From assembly GCA_040954595.2 (NCBI GenBank), contig CM082578.2, forward strand, positions 4,942,831-5,006,830: a stretch of DNA of 64,000 nt, in the 5' to 3' direction. The position numbers and the translations under genes are program-made. Source of the stretch: Balanoglossus misakiensis (lineage: Eukaryota; Animalia; Hemichordata). The notes under the pieces are model-generated. The model was not told where the DNA came from. It ran no database searches and saw only the letters and a program-made list of their open reading frames with translations. Shown piece by piece: positions 37,937 to 51,900 of this stretch (position 1 is its first letter; each line of letters starts with the position of its first letter).

Positions 37937-39278
37937 ATGATGCAAAGCAATGATGAACACGAACTTGATCCGCTGTCAATTCTTCTTGATAACACAAGTG
38001 AAAACATGACTGTCGATGAAGTGGCCCGGATGAAGTTTCTACTCGGTAGGAATTTTCACAACTCTGTTTGGGTCTGGAAAGAATTAACAGACGGGAGGGT
38101 TGCGCTTTTGTAAAAAAAAAAAAAACTGAGTACATGGAGAACTAATAACGCCACCGATTGGTTGCATTAAAATGTTAACCCATTTTCCCTGAATCATAAT
38201 CGAATAATCGTTCCCTGCTTGAATATTTTACATTTCAGTGCGGTGTATTGTAGTCTCTCTACATTATCAAAACAACCTGTATGTGCGGTCAGAAAGGTTG
38301 ATAAAGCAATTTATATGTGCAGCTGATATTACTAACTACTAGCCCTGTATACGTACATTTTTTACACATTTCTTTTACATAGGGTATGTTTGATGATGAT
38401 TTAAACTTTAGTGCATTGTTTTCATAGATACTAAATATTGTTTCGGTCATTGCACGAAAGCAAGTGCCCATACAACACCTAATTCATACACGAAATGAAA
38501 TTGCCCCAAACCCTCTCATTACAAATGGCGCCTTTCTCCCACTAACAATGATGCTCAGGACATTGATTTCATTGCCCTGGATAGGTCCATATCTAGCTAG
38601 CCTATAGAAGTCAATGTTTAGTGTGTTAATGTAGGTTCAGGTAGGTATGCATGTGTCTTAACTGTAGGCGCGCACCTTGTTACGCTATAGTTATACCATT
38701 GACGTCCATGGTTATACAAACAGCGAGGTGGTGGTCATGATCATTATTGTCGTTACTTGAAATTAACACCTGCTCATTTATTTGGGGGTTTGCACATTAG
38801 GAAACTCTTAAGATTTCAGGGGCTTATAAATAGTCCAACTTCGTGGTAAATTACTTTCGTTAGTATGTTGTTGGAATTGGAAAACTTATTTCATATCCTT
38901 TCCAAGGCTTCTTCACATTTTCACCGTGATGGGTGACTCAGCAAAATATGAATATGCATCACCCCCCCCCCCCTCCAAAATGAGTGGGCGTTAATTACCT
39001 TTATGGGATTTTTCGTCATAATTCAACGAAATCATCCTTCTCCAAAAATGAATTGAGGTAGATCTACCCAATATTTCTTTGTCCTTCATTTAGAACGGAA
39101 ACAATTAACGGTTCGTGAAGTTTCTACAGCCACGACTGCTGCAGACGTCTTTAAAAAGCTGCTACGCAAGGGTTACATTACTGATTCAAACTTGACTCTC
39201 CTACAGAAGATTTTGCAACATCTTCAACGAAAGGATCTACTGTCGAAGGTGAACGAATTTACAGGAAATGGTGTTTAA
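37937..39278 (+). CDS. Small death-effector-domain (DED) protein (~97 aa; the N-terminus may extend to ATG 37712)
   Basis: Exons 37937-38045 and 39094-39278 (phase-1 GT-AG) give MMQSNDEHELDPLSILLDNTSENMTVDEVARMKFLL-ERKQLTVREVSTATTAADVFKKLLRKGYITDSNLTLLQKILQHLQRKDLLSKVNEFTGNGV*. This matches the DED pattern, including the RxDL motif. The start codon, and whether it splices onward, are uncertain. Confidence 0.75.
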
Positions 39279-39711
39279 AATCTCTGATATCTCTGTGGTT
39301 TCTTAGCGGAAAAAAATCTTACAAAATGTACCGATAGCATTGTCGAAATACCCATTGCGAATCATCTCGCACGCTCACTATGTTGACTGTATACCGTAAG
39401 TGTGGTATTTGAAAAAGTCGCTCCCGAAATACCACTCTCTGTTTAGTTTTATGACGACTGCATTTAAAAGACAGGGAAACTATTGCAGTGCACGTCCAAG
39501 AAATACTATTTTAAACACTGTTTGTGAGTTGCATAAACATGTGATAGAAGACCAGTCGCTCAAATACCACCCTTCCGGTCACCAGATTCGCAATGGGTGT
39601 ATTGTAATACCTTTCCGTGATGAAATTAATGTGTGATCACGACAACTTGCTTTTCAAAACCTGTTAATGTAGGCCTATAAAATGCATGTATCCAGCTTAA
39701 GTGATTTTGCC

Positions 39712-39852
39712 ATGTTATGTTATGTTATGTTATGTTATGTTATGTTATGTTATGTTATGTTATGTTATGTTATGTTATGTTATGTTATGTTATGTTATGT
39801 TATGTTATGTTATGTTATGTTATGTTATGTTATGTTATGTTATGTTATGTTA
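39712..39852. repeat. (ATGTT)n microsatellite, ~28 units
   Basis: Perfect pentanucleotide run. Confidence 0.98.
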
Positions 39853-41361
39853 CTTTCTTGCGAATTTGATGTAAATTGCAAAGTTTCGATGGAATTGTGT
39901 TTACTTGACGATTTACCCGGAATTCGTTTTGATGATATCAAAAGTAACCCGTTGTTTCGTTTATATTGAGAACACTTCTAAGGTGTAGGTTTAGTCAGAG
40001 TGGAATAGTGATGTGAAAACTACCATCACACGTAATAACTAACTAACTTTAAATCTCACTGCTTTAAATATAGCAAACGTTTATTGATATTATGAACATG
40101 TATACCAACAGAAAAAAAAGTAATGCACGCGATGTTGCAACATGCGATACACGACGTGTGCATATGAGCTAGGTTTGTAGAAGTGTTTAGTCCATAGAAA
40201 TCATCAGAAACCACAAATGAACACTAATAAACATAAAGAGATTTGTATTTTATTGAAATTTTAAACTTATTGTACATGTAAAATATATTTCCGTTTTTAT
40301 TTTATTTGTGTTATGTAGTTTTTAGCATATAATATATCTATGCCCCTTTCATGAAATAGGTATCGCCTTGGACATTTACATCTTGATGGCGGGGTCGCAG
40401 AGGGTAATCATCCTGCACACAGTACATACCTGTTCATGACGTAGGCTTGACGAACGTAGACTGCAAATTGATATATTTGTCATGTATAGTTACGTAGTTG
40501 TAATATGAGCTTATGTTCTTTAACATTATGGTGAGTCAGTTTGACGAAGTTGTTTTTTTTTCTCCTCTATATCCATGTACATTTAGATGTGACACTTTCT
40601 TTTTCCTTAGTCAACTATTCCCGAAAATCTGTCATGACGGTGTAATCATGCAAAATAACCAAATAAACAGCAGTTTTGTCTTATACTTGCGAAAGAGCGA
40701 TAACCCTGTTATTCGCTAGCAGCTGTGTTCAATCTGACTCTTACTTTCAATCAACATTCTGGAAACATTGTGAGACTATTCTTCATTAAGTCTGTTTTTT
40801 TTCTTCTTTTATCTCTTTTTTATGGATTTGTTGTGTGTTTGTAAATATTTTACAGTATGGGCATATGGCCTGCAATAAAAAATATAAGAATAAGAATAAG
40901 AATACACGGAAGACAATTCTCCTGTCCCACGTGAGAATGAACGACCCGACACGGACGACTGCTGCGACGGACGAAGATCTGCAAAAAGAGGGGCTCTCAG
41001 CAAATTGGCCTGTAAAACATTTTGCATATTGGTTGAAACTATTTGGTAATCCACGAAGGGGCGCTTTGCATATTTCACACCAAACCAAGATGTCTTATTC
41101 CCAGAACATTGTGTTATTATCCGGTAATTAGTGATTATATATTAAGTTGTAGGTGAAGTTACTTACGCTATTTCTTGTATTGTTTTTGTTCGTAGCGTGC
41201 AGTCATCATTACGCAAAACGTTGTTTTCAGTGATATCCACTATAAACATTTTCCAAGCCGCTAAAACTTTTACAATTTTAGAGATAATGCGTTGCTGGCA
41301 TCAAATAAATAAGATGTTTCTAGTTTGGCGGTTGTTGCGTCTATTTTGAAATCTGTGGTAA

Positions 41362-41537
41362 AGGTATACGGTCACCTAAGCAAATTAAGCTACTCTTACC
41401 ATGGCAAATTGAGATCTAGCCAATCACGGATTTTTAATGGGTGGCACACGCGAAAAAAAGAGCGCCATTTAGAACATTCAAATACGCCATTTCAGCCATA
41501 CTTTGGCGTAAGTAAATTAGGGGGTGACTGTATACCC
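41362..41537. mobile_element. Kolobok-type MITE, family B copy
   Basis: AGGTATACGGTCAC...GTGACTGTATACCC; the internal GCAAATTGAGATCTAGCCAA is shared with 18543-18701. Confidence 0.65.
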
Positions 41538-41995
41538 ATAATATCCAAGCTCCACCAATCAAAACCTCTATTCAGTTCTTGCCATTCTGAACTTGACCAT
41601 GTCTATCAAACATGACATTCTTTAAATATCGTATGACGTGATCACGCTGCTGCGACACATAAACAGGAGATTAACTTCTGTTACTACAGCGGGCGCATTG
41701 CAACCCTTGCCACTAATGCGGGCAATACCCACAAAGCATAACGGGAAAAATTCCCGCCACATCCATGTGTACTCTGGCTGTCGTACAAATCCAAATGTCA
41801 ACACACTGCAGTCACGAAGTGAGCATTGCCGGCCGCCAGAACAGTTACATTTAGCATTGCGCATGTGCGTATACGACTTAATAGGGTATAAAACGCAAAT
41901 ACAGGCACATATGCGTGTTATACGCCGATAAGGATAGACGCTTTCAGTTGGGCAGACGCTAGACGGTGGCAGAGAAAGGTTTGCGTGTAAGAAAT

Positions 41996-44900
41996 ATGGC
42001 GGCAACTGACCCATTTAGAATGATGCTATTGAGAATAGCTGATGAAATCGTATCAGGTAGTGTGATTTTTTTTAAATTTATTTTGATATTGATACCACTC
42101 CTAAGCCAAAGCATTGTATTAAATATTTCCATTTTATCTTTGTATAGTCTGTAGTTATTCAAAACTGTCGAATTCAAGTTAAATCAGGCTACATCGGTAC
42201 AGTAATATGTAATTTAAGTTTAAATATATTGGATGCATTTCCAAAACTACAACAGGAAAGGCATTACATGTATTTAGAAGATATAAACCGTTAAACGGCG
42301 AGCAATGGTGAAAATTAGCATATTTGGCGGGAAATAATTACCGACCGAAACGAGGAAACAGTCATCAAGCAAAGCGAATTGATCAAACTCTGGCGTGGAA
42401 GGTAGTAGACAAAACTCGAAATCTATTTCAACTTTATTTTCGGACACATGACTATCAAATCAACTTAATTAAACTGTTGGCAATTAAAATGTCTGGTATT
42501 TTCCTGGATAATTAAATTCCATAAAATTTAATTATGATAATTCTAATGAGCACCTCTGCTCAAATTAATCTGCTTTTGTATTCGTGACATGTTTTGAGAA
42601 TATTTCCTTATTTTTAGCAGTTTTTGCTAATATGTGACACATTATACATTATATATCCTGAGTGTCTGCACAAAACGTGCTGAAATTGCTTTCCGTGCTG
42701 TTCCATGATAGACATCTTGTGCAAACATAGAATCTCAGATAGCGTGCAGTTTCAAATAACTGACAAAATGCGTAATTATAGTGTTAGCGCTTGATTTTCA
42801 AAAGTGTCAAATCTCCCAATTTGTGGTGGGATACACTCGTAGAGTCTGGTCGGGAAGTTGGTTGAGATGTTAAGAGACGGGAACACGTGTAGAGTATAGA
42901 TTTCAACGCCGATGACTTTATTTTAAAATGGGACTAGCCATGGACATACAGGACAAGGCCTGTAGTACAGGCTGGACCAGCGGAACTGACTGTCGAACCA
43001 ACTTGCTGCACCGAAAAAAACTCCCTTAATGACATTTCAGAATAGTGTTACAGTGATATTTAGATGTGCCGAAGGTACAATGCAAACCAGAATGCCTCGT
43101 TTTACAAAACTTTTGATTGAACCCAAGCTGTGAACGCAGGTAGACGTGTCAAATGTGAATTAGTCTCAGCCAGCCACCAGTATGTAAAAATCTTTATGTG
43201 GGTGTGGCGTGCTCACAGCCCCTATCCAACGCCAAATTGATGTACATTTTCAGTGCCGCAGCAAGATGAGTTGTGATTCTCTATCTGTTGTGTATCATTA
43301 TGAAATCATTCTCCACCACTTTCATTTGCAATAGTTCTTATTTCTCGAGGTTTTTCATGCTTTATCAGATCATTATTATTGGGACAAACATCATATTTCC
43401 CCCACATTTCAGAACACCGATATTGGGCTTCTGCCACAGAAAGTGTTTCAACCAAAATGCTTAATTGATTTCAGTAGTAGGCCTACTTTCTGTAGTCTGT
43501 GCCTACAGTTGATATGAGCGCATATCTTCAAACTGACAGAAATGAATATAAAATTCCCCCTAAAATTCAAAGTTTCCTTACTGAAAAATACGGAATGAAT
43601 TCAATAAACCGTCGATCGACTGCATTTTGGTAAGTTTCCATGCCAGTTTATGTGGCGGAACGACTAATTGAACAAATGTTTGAATCACTGGATCAGATCC
43701 CTCATTGGACGATGCAATTTCGCTAACTATAGTAACTTTACAGAGTTTAGTACTCAGTTCATGGCACAATTCAAACTCCCGTAAAATTTATCGCCTTTAC
43801 AAACAGCTAGCAAACTAAATACAGGTACTCAGAATAGGATAAAAGTATGATCAGTTAATCACACAGTCGAAATCAACGGAATCAAACCGACGGGGCGAGT
43901 TCAATGCAATGCGGGGCAGGGTTATGTCGTAGAGTATGACCGGTGAACCATCTTCAACTCGACCACTCGGATTGTTGAATCTAACTGGCCCTCTTCATGC
44001 TCGTCACAACTACAATGACCACTGCCAAAGTACACTCGGATTGTTGAATCTAACTGGCCCTCTTCATGCTCGTCACAACTACAATGACCACTGTCAAAGT
44101 ATGTGTCGCATGATCTCGATGCCATTGCCCCTTGCGTCGACATCATGGTGGAATACGGTTAGAGTGAAAGCAGCGGGGGCACGCCATCTGACCGCCATGA
44201 TTTTTTGCTAAAGAGGCTATGCGGTTCTCGTCGGATTTAGACAACGTAAAGTACGGGAGTTTTTTTTTAACTTTTTATTGGGATCGAACAACGGTGAACA
44301 AATACATTAGACTAAAAAAATTACACATTTTCCAATATCAAATATATGATCAAACAGTTACATACATAAGGTATTAGGGGTGACCATTTACCAATGTGTG
44401 CAGCAATTTTGGCCTTAGCTGCCGCAACTTTTTCTTCAATGTTGTATACATTTTTAAGCTGCATGATAAAACATGATATCTAACGACATATTTTTTAGTT
44501 CTCATATATAAATACACATACGCACTTGCAGAGCTATGAAATTAACAATAATGTTCTCTTCCGGATCGCCAAAAATCATACACAGTTTAGAAGGTGAACA
44601 ATTAAGTTTAATTGGTCCCCCCCCCCCAAATAAAGAGAGCAGTGGTGCATCTACAAGGCTAAAACAAATGATTAAGAGACTCTATTTCAGTATTACACAA
44701 GGTACAATATGGAGTTGGAAACTTCTGTGGATTCAACTTAATTCAACTGACGTAAAGTACGGGAGTTTATGTGAGACCAACACTCAATAAAATGGCTGCT
44801 GGCAGAGTGACTGTGTTACGATCGAAACACATATTCGCCACTTTGGCGAATGAGGTGCAAGCAAAGTTTGCCAAAATGAATTTGACTTTGCGTTTGCTAG

Positions 44901-45331
44901 TGCTAGCGCGAACACCGAAGCGATTACGAAATCCATTATACCTCTATGCTACACCACAATATGTTAAGACTAATTATAATGTTCTGTGAATGTATTTTTA
45001 TATATTTATTTTTAGAGCGTCCGGTTTACCCGCTGAGTAATATTCATTAGAGAACCCTAAGTTTATGTGACAAGAGTAATGCTGAACTGATCTTGTATAG
45101 AAATAGACAGGAGACCCACGTCAGAGAAATAAGTTCACATGACACTGTGGGTGTGTCTTTGGGGTTATTTTTGAAACAGCAACTAAAATTGAAATGGGTC
45201 GATAATTTGGCGCGTCACTGACGATACCCGAACCTTTGTATAGAAGAACTTCTTTAGCAATGGAAATACTGGCCTGCCTGTGCTCTTACAGAAACTTTTA
45301 TGATTTAAGAAATGAATAAATCTCTATGAAC

Positions 45332-45400
<69 letters not shown>

Positions 45401-45931
45401 TTATTTATTTATTTATAAAGCGGCAATCTCCACAAAAAAGTGACCACAGCCGCTGAAAGATACAATACAATAAAAGGATTGAAAATAAAATCTAATCAGT
45501 ACAATAAGCCAACTTAAAAAGGTGTGTTTTAAGCATACGTTTAAAAGTATTAAAATTGTTACAAGAACGAATATTCACTGGAACTATGACGTGGGCTTTG
45601 TTTTTTTCCAGACAAATTTGAGAGAATGAAGTTTCTGCTGGAGGGCAACATCCCCAAAAGGACATTGGAAGAAGCAAAGACAACAGAAGAATTGTTCAAT
45701 ATTATGATTGACAAAAAAATATTAAGTTCAGACAATACTGGTCTACTTGAGGCGATACTTACCGAGGTTGGGAATAAGCGACTGGCTGATGAAGTACATG
45801 TAAAAGCACAGTCCCTGAAGAAAGAAGCAACGCCAGGTGTGTGTACCGATTTTAATGAAAAATGTTAAGATTGATATCTCAGTTATTAACTAGTAAGATA
45901 TATAAATGGCAACAGGTAAACAGTATCATGA

Positions 45932-45995
<64 letters not shown>

Positions 45996-48900
45996 GAGCT
46001 CTTCAGTTCGCGGACTTTCCTGTTATGTCAGTTGGCGTAGCCAGTCTGAGTTCGAATCCTATGAAATATAACATAACCACAAAACCCAGTATGAGACCTA
46101 AGTGTCGGCATTAACTTTTGCACTGGTTAATACACAATATCTAATTTATCCCAAGTTTTGACAAAATTTTGACCTCGAAATTCACTTTAAGGTAACCAAT
46201 GGATCTTGATACATTTTATGTATCAGTCGTTTCCTTGGACAAAGGCCGGTATGAGCCCAAATACACAGTTTTGGTCACTGGTCATTGATGCAAAATTTAT
46301 GTAAATGTGCACCTCTGCAATTTAAAATTTCTCGGCTCCTACATAAAAATCTGCGCCAAATTTCCACACTTCGACATTTACCAGTAACACAGGATATCAG
46401 CTGAGAGTCCATACCATTGATTGGATTTTCTGTCAAAGTACAAACGGCTTTTACTGGTAAAAAGGCAAAAAAAAAATATTTTCATTTTGTGAAATTTTGC
46501 ATGGTTTTGTGGCGATATCTCATACACGGTGTGGAAGTGTTAGAAAAGCCTGCTTCTCTATATTATCCTCAATGACTTGCAGTTTCTGCCAAAATCGGAT
46601 AAATTGGTTTAAAATTGGGCGAGTGGACAAGTTTTGAAGATTTAAAAAAACAAGGTGCATAGGTGACAGTATACTTTTAACTGCATTATTTATGTACATA
46701 TCTAATTCTGGAGTAATAATTACTGCTATACAGTTCTGGTTTGATAGATATTGATCACTATCACATCACAATTAATTAATGCTGTCACTAGACTAGCCCA
46801 CTAGTCGCTTGGCGATTTTTAAATCTCAATACTTTTTGTGTTTTCGTTGGTTTTTTGTCTTAATTAGGGGACCAAGCGCCCTCAGGCGCTTGGTCCCCTT
46901 CTGTTATTGCTGGAGTTTTTCTTCTTTCTTCTTGAGTCGTTTTTTTGCTCCCGTTTTTCTCAAAATCGACGTGGCCTAGGATCTTGAAATTTGGCACGGT
47001 GATTGGGGCCCATGAGTACTGGTGCACCTGCCCTTTGAATTTGTAATTAGTCACGTGACTTGGTGGCTATAATCGAGCGAAATTTTCAAATTGACCTAAT
47101 TTGCACGTTAATGGGGGCATGTACATTCTTTTCGCGATTTTTGTAGACCATGTGGCCAAAATCCCCTATGCCAAATTTCAAGGTCCTAGGCCACGTCGAT
47201 CTTGAGAAGAAGATTTTTGTAATAATTTTCGCATTTTTTGGTGGGCTGAGGACGAACACTGGGGCATCGGACTTTGAACGTCATTACGTAATGTTGTGGA
47301 GATCTCACTAGCAGGCGGGTTGCAGTAGTCCTTGGAAAATCGGCTGGAATACGTAAACAGACCAGTGATTATTTTCCACGGAATGAATTTTGGGACAACA
47401 CATTATCGGAGTTCAGGCTGTGTTAGGGAGTTTTATTGAATTACGCTGAGTTTGTTAGCTGTTGCCGTTCAAATGTGTCTACGCAGACCCGGCTACACTG
47501 GTTAACATTCAATATAATGCGGCAGCGGACTTTGACCCTCAGTCGCTAATGTTGTGGGAGGTTTCATCATTAGCATGGTAGTCACATGTAGTGGATAGTA
47601 GTTCGGAAATTGGCCTAAATACGTAAACAGACCAGTGATTTTCTTGCACGAAGGGAGTATAGTACCATCAGAGATCACGCTTCGTTGCCGTTCATAAGTT
47701 CCTACTTCAGTCGTGACGTTGCAACTGGACGTTCAGTATTGGGTTCGGCCCGCAGGTGGCCGTGGGGGTTATCAGGTCCCCCGTAATGGCACGCAGCTTC
47801 ATGCAGCTGTATGGGACCAAAATAATACGCCCGATTCGGGGGTCACCTGTGACACCGTACCTGCGTAACTCTATTATGTGCATGCGTAATTGTGGGGTCA
47901 ATGAAAGGGATGCTAGCGTGGTATTTGTTGCACATGGATCAATATGAAGTCCGAATTTCCTGTCAAGTTGTGGGCGACCTTATGTGACATTTCACCTACT
48001 TTTGCTTAGTGAATAACAGCAGATGCATGCAGCTTTGGCGTGGTGGGGGGGGGGGTCACCTGTTGCACCTGCCTAAGTCATTGATTTTGTACATTTAATT
48101 GGACACTAACCAACAGGGCGATATGTGTGGTTTTTGTTCAAAAGGGACGAATGTAAGTGTCAGTTGGTTTTTGCCCAAATGTATAAGGTGATTTGGATGA
48201 CCTCTGTCGTACAGTGCCATATCTCAGCACGTTGTACAGGTGCAGCTTTGGTATTTTGAGGGATGAAACTATCATAAAATGCCAAATACAGGGGGATACC
48301 TGTGACACCTGCTTGATTCATGTATTACGTGCATACCTAATGGTAGGCAAAGTGAAAGGGCTGCAAATGTAGGCTTTGTTGCACATGACATAAGCAGGAA
48401 TGAAAAAATTTTGTCAAATATTTGGGTGACCTCAGGTGTCCATTGACCTGCTTTCCATATGTTAGCATGCACATCATATATAGCCAGGTGTTTGGAGGGG
48501 TAGGGTAGGACCCTCTGCGTCATGAAATGCTAAATTCCTGGGGCCACCTGTAACTTACTTGCGAAACTCATTATTATGGCCATATATAATTTGACCAACC
48601 CAAAGGGCGAGGATTTTCCGTTGTCTTGAATATGAACCAAATAAGAATCCTAATTTTTGGCCCAATTTTTGGGTACCCTCACCTGACCTTTGAAGTACTT
48701 ACTGAAGTACGGTACTTACAACGGAGAAGTTCACCTTTGGTTGTTGTGTTTGTACTTGTAGGACATGCATTTCGGGTGGTTGCCTACTTCCCCATACATG
48801 TATCTCAACATCGAGAGCAAATACAGCCTACGCATTTGAATGGTACAACCCTGAATGGATTCTAATGGTTATTAACTCTATGCTTGGGCCCGTTCAATGC

Positions 48901-51900
48901 TGCTTGCAGCTTTAATTGCAATACTTTTTGCGTGCATGCTTGCCTTGAGCGTGTTTTTGGTAATGAGATGAGTTTCGAATTTGGGACTGAGCTTGTGGTT
49001 TCGGGTAGCGTGGGTCTACGCGTTCCCTACACATAATGAAGCCCATAGACTTGGAGCAAGTCTATGCTGTCACTTATATCTCCTTTATTTATTTTTGCTA
49101 CTCAGAACCATCAGAAGCGGATCTAAATGAACTGGAATCTTATTTGAAACGTCAGTACAAGCATAACTTTCAAATATTTTATCCGTTGCCATGGGACCAC
49201 GATTTCAGCATAAATCTTGAAGATGTGTACACTCAACTGGTCGTGACAAGAACACCCGTAGGATCTTGCCTCCGTATAGGCAGAAGTATTACGAGTGAAC
49301 TTGATGTATTTTCCAATGTCAAAGAAGAAGAATACTGTAAACGTATTGTTGTTAGGGGGGATCCAGCCATTGGGAAGTCAGTGTTTTGTAGAAAGCTTGC
49401 TAATGACTGGTCTTGTGGTAAGCTGGAACAATTCAAGTTAGTATTTTTTCTGCAATTAAGACATTATAACATAAACCAAAGCAACGTTGAAGATATAGTG
49501 TTTGATGAGCTTCTACCTGATAACTTCCCTGTATCTCGTCAGAAGCTTCGGCATTATATGAACCAAGAGAGAGGTAAATCTATATTATTCATTTTAGATG
49601 GTTATGATGAAATGAATGCTGATATAAAGAAAGGCGAATCCGTTGTCCACAAATTAATCAACCAAAAATTACTCCACAATTGCACAGTCTTAACAACCAC
49701 AAGACCATATGGGCGGGACAGGGATTTTGCAAACTGCAAACTTGGGTTTCAAATTAGGGGGTTTGATGACGAAAATTCTCAAAAATACATGAAGCACTAC
49801 CTTAGATCCACAACGAATGGCTCGGAATGTAACGAAGAAGATTTGATCGATCATATTAAGAAATGTCGCTTAGATGCAGAGTTATTGCGTAATCCCTTAA
49901 TTGTTACTTTCCTGTGCATCTTATGGAAAACACGAAAACTAACTGACAAGGCATTTAGCTTTCCAGAAAAGACTTCCGATCTTTATACCGAAATATTTGA
50001 GTGTTTGATTTCACAATTTTGTCAACGCACGCAGAGGGAAAGAGATAGTGCCGAAGAGCTAGCTGCCTCTCTGGCCGGAAATGTATATAGTCATTATAAG
50101 CAACGAAAACAACGAGGGGAGGTCCTGATTTTCGAAGAAGGGGACATTTCAAACTCTGAATCCCTTGAATTAGGGTTTCTCGTTAGAAACGACGAGAAAC
50201 ATCTACGTGGTTCAGTATCGAAACCGCGTAAGATTCGTTATTTTTTTCACCGTTCGTTTCAAGAATATTTTTTGGCTCTTCATATTAGCAAAGAAATACA
50301 GAGAAACCCCGAGGTAAAAGCATTTCTGGAAGAAATGATGGAGTCCCCCGAAAAAAACTCACCAACAATTCGATTTCTGTGTGGTGTACTGAAAGAAAGC
50401 GCTCTTGCTGTATTTGAAATATTTGCCGATGCATTGAGAAAGTTACAAAAAAAGACAGTTATGTTTTCAATGCTGATTGTCACATAGTAGCTTATTTATT
50501 TCAATTATGCCTCGAATGTCTTCATGAGTGTAGTCATGGCACCGAGTTCATGCATGTAATCTCGCCATCAGTCCCCAAATGTGTGGGTGTAGATATCAAA
50601 TATGATAGTCAATTATTTTGGCAAGATTGGTGTTACCTGTATAACGATCTCAAGCGACCACCTGTAGTCATTAAATGCAATACACCAAGTTTTCATGAGT
50701 TTCTCGAACTCTTGAAATATCAAGGAAAAAATCGTGACGATACAGTGAATCGCATCGCAGACGTGACTTTATTATTGAAAGGCGTAAATGGTACAGATAC
50801 CACAGATGAAAAAGAACACAGTGAAACCGGCAAAAATAGTCTCGAAAAATTCCGGGAAGTTATACAACAGAATAAAAGTGTGAAATCACTTTCAATTTGC
50901 AGTATCGACCCGGACATCTATGACATCATCCGCACGTGTGAACATATAATTAAAATAATTCCTCAGATGGAACAGTTAGATGATTTCTTTTATGGATGTT
51001 TCCCGAGATATAATGTTCCGCCAATAACTAAACCAATTGGCTTGATAGACACTAGCGGGGCCCTGGGAAGGAAAAGGGATACCTTAAGGACAAATCTGGG
51101 TACAATAGTACAAGTAAGTACAGCTAAACGGAGACCCATCGATCGCATTCGCTTCGCTCTCTTGAATATAGAATGGTCGGGAAATTTACTACCTTACAGT
51201 GAACTCAAAGATAATGGGCCAAAGAGGGTAGGGTGTTATGTTAATGTCTTTGAAAAGTATGACACGGTTCCTGAGAAGAAGGTAACCGTTGAAGGGCATT
51301 TGGGCGAGATGTTTGATTTTATCAGCAAAACGACCGTAACTAGCGCCATAGATATCCAGATTGTTTACCCCGATGACGGGGGTGTGTCATACATTCCAGG
51401 TAAACTTGCAGCTGAAACGAAATGCAATTCACGTCTTACAGACATTGCATTCGGATGTTGGAATTATCGCTTTGAGCCAAATAGTTTAAGGATAGTACGC
51501 GATAATTTCATTGCGTCCACTTTATCAAATCCAGATTGTCTAAAAGATGCAAGAGCAATGAAATTTGCCTTACACGTTAATGAGGCTAGTGATATCATAG
51601 CATCTGAGCGTGGACTTGAATATCTCACGCTTTTGTTTAACAAATTCGATAACGAGGAGCAATTGGCGGAAAATTTAGAGCATGTCATTCGTTCGAAACA
51701 TAAACATATCACTATGAAATTCTTGAATAAGGATGGCAGTAATCGATTGTTGTGGGGTCTGAAACTACCAACATGGTTTACTTCAAACATCGAACGGTTC
51801 TTAGTGCCAGTTAGCGAATCAATTGATACAGGAAAATGTGGCCTGGAATCGATAACATTGGAATTTGTTCATCACGACAAGGACGGTGATATAATGGAAT

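Noticed and set aside
39682-39969. (MLCYV)n ORF
   Set aside because: It is a translation of the pentanucleotide microsatellite.
49036-49105. ATG at 49036 as the start of the NACHT protein
   Set aside because: It lies within the terminal part of a transposon; a polypyrimidine tract and CAG acceptor at 49105 link the exon in phase to the DED exon.
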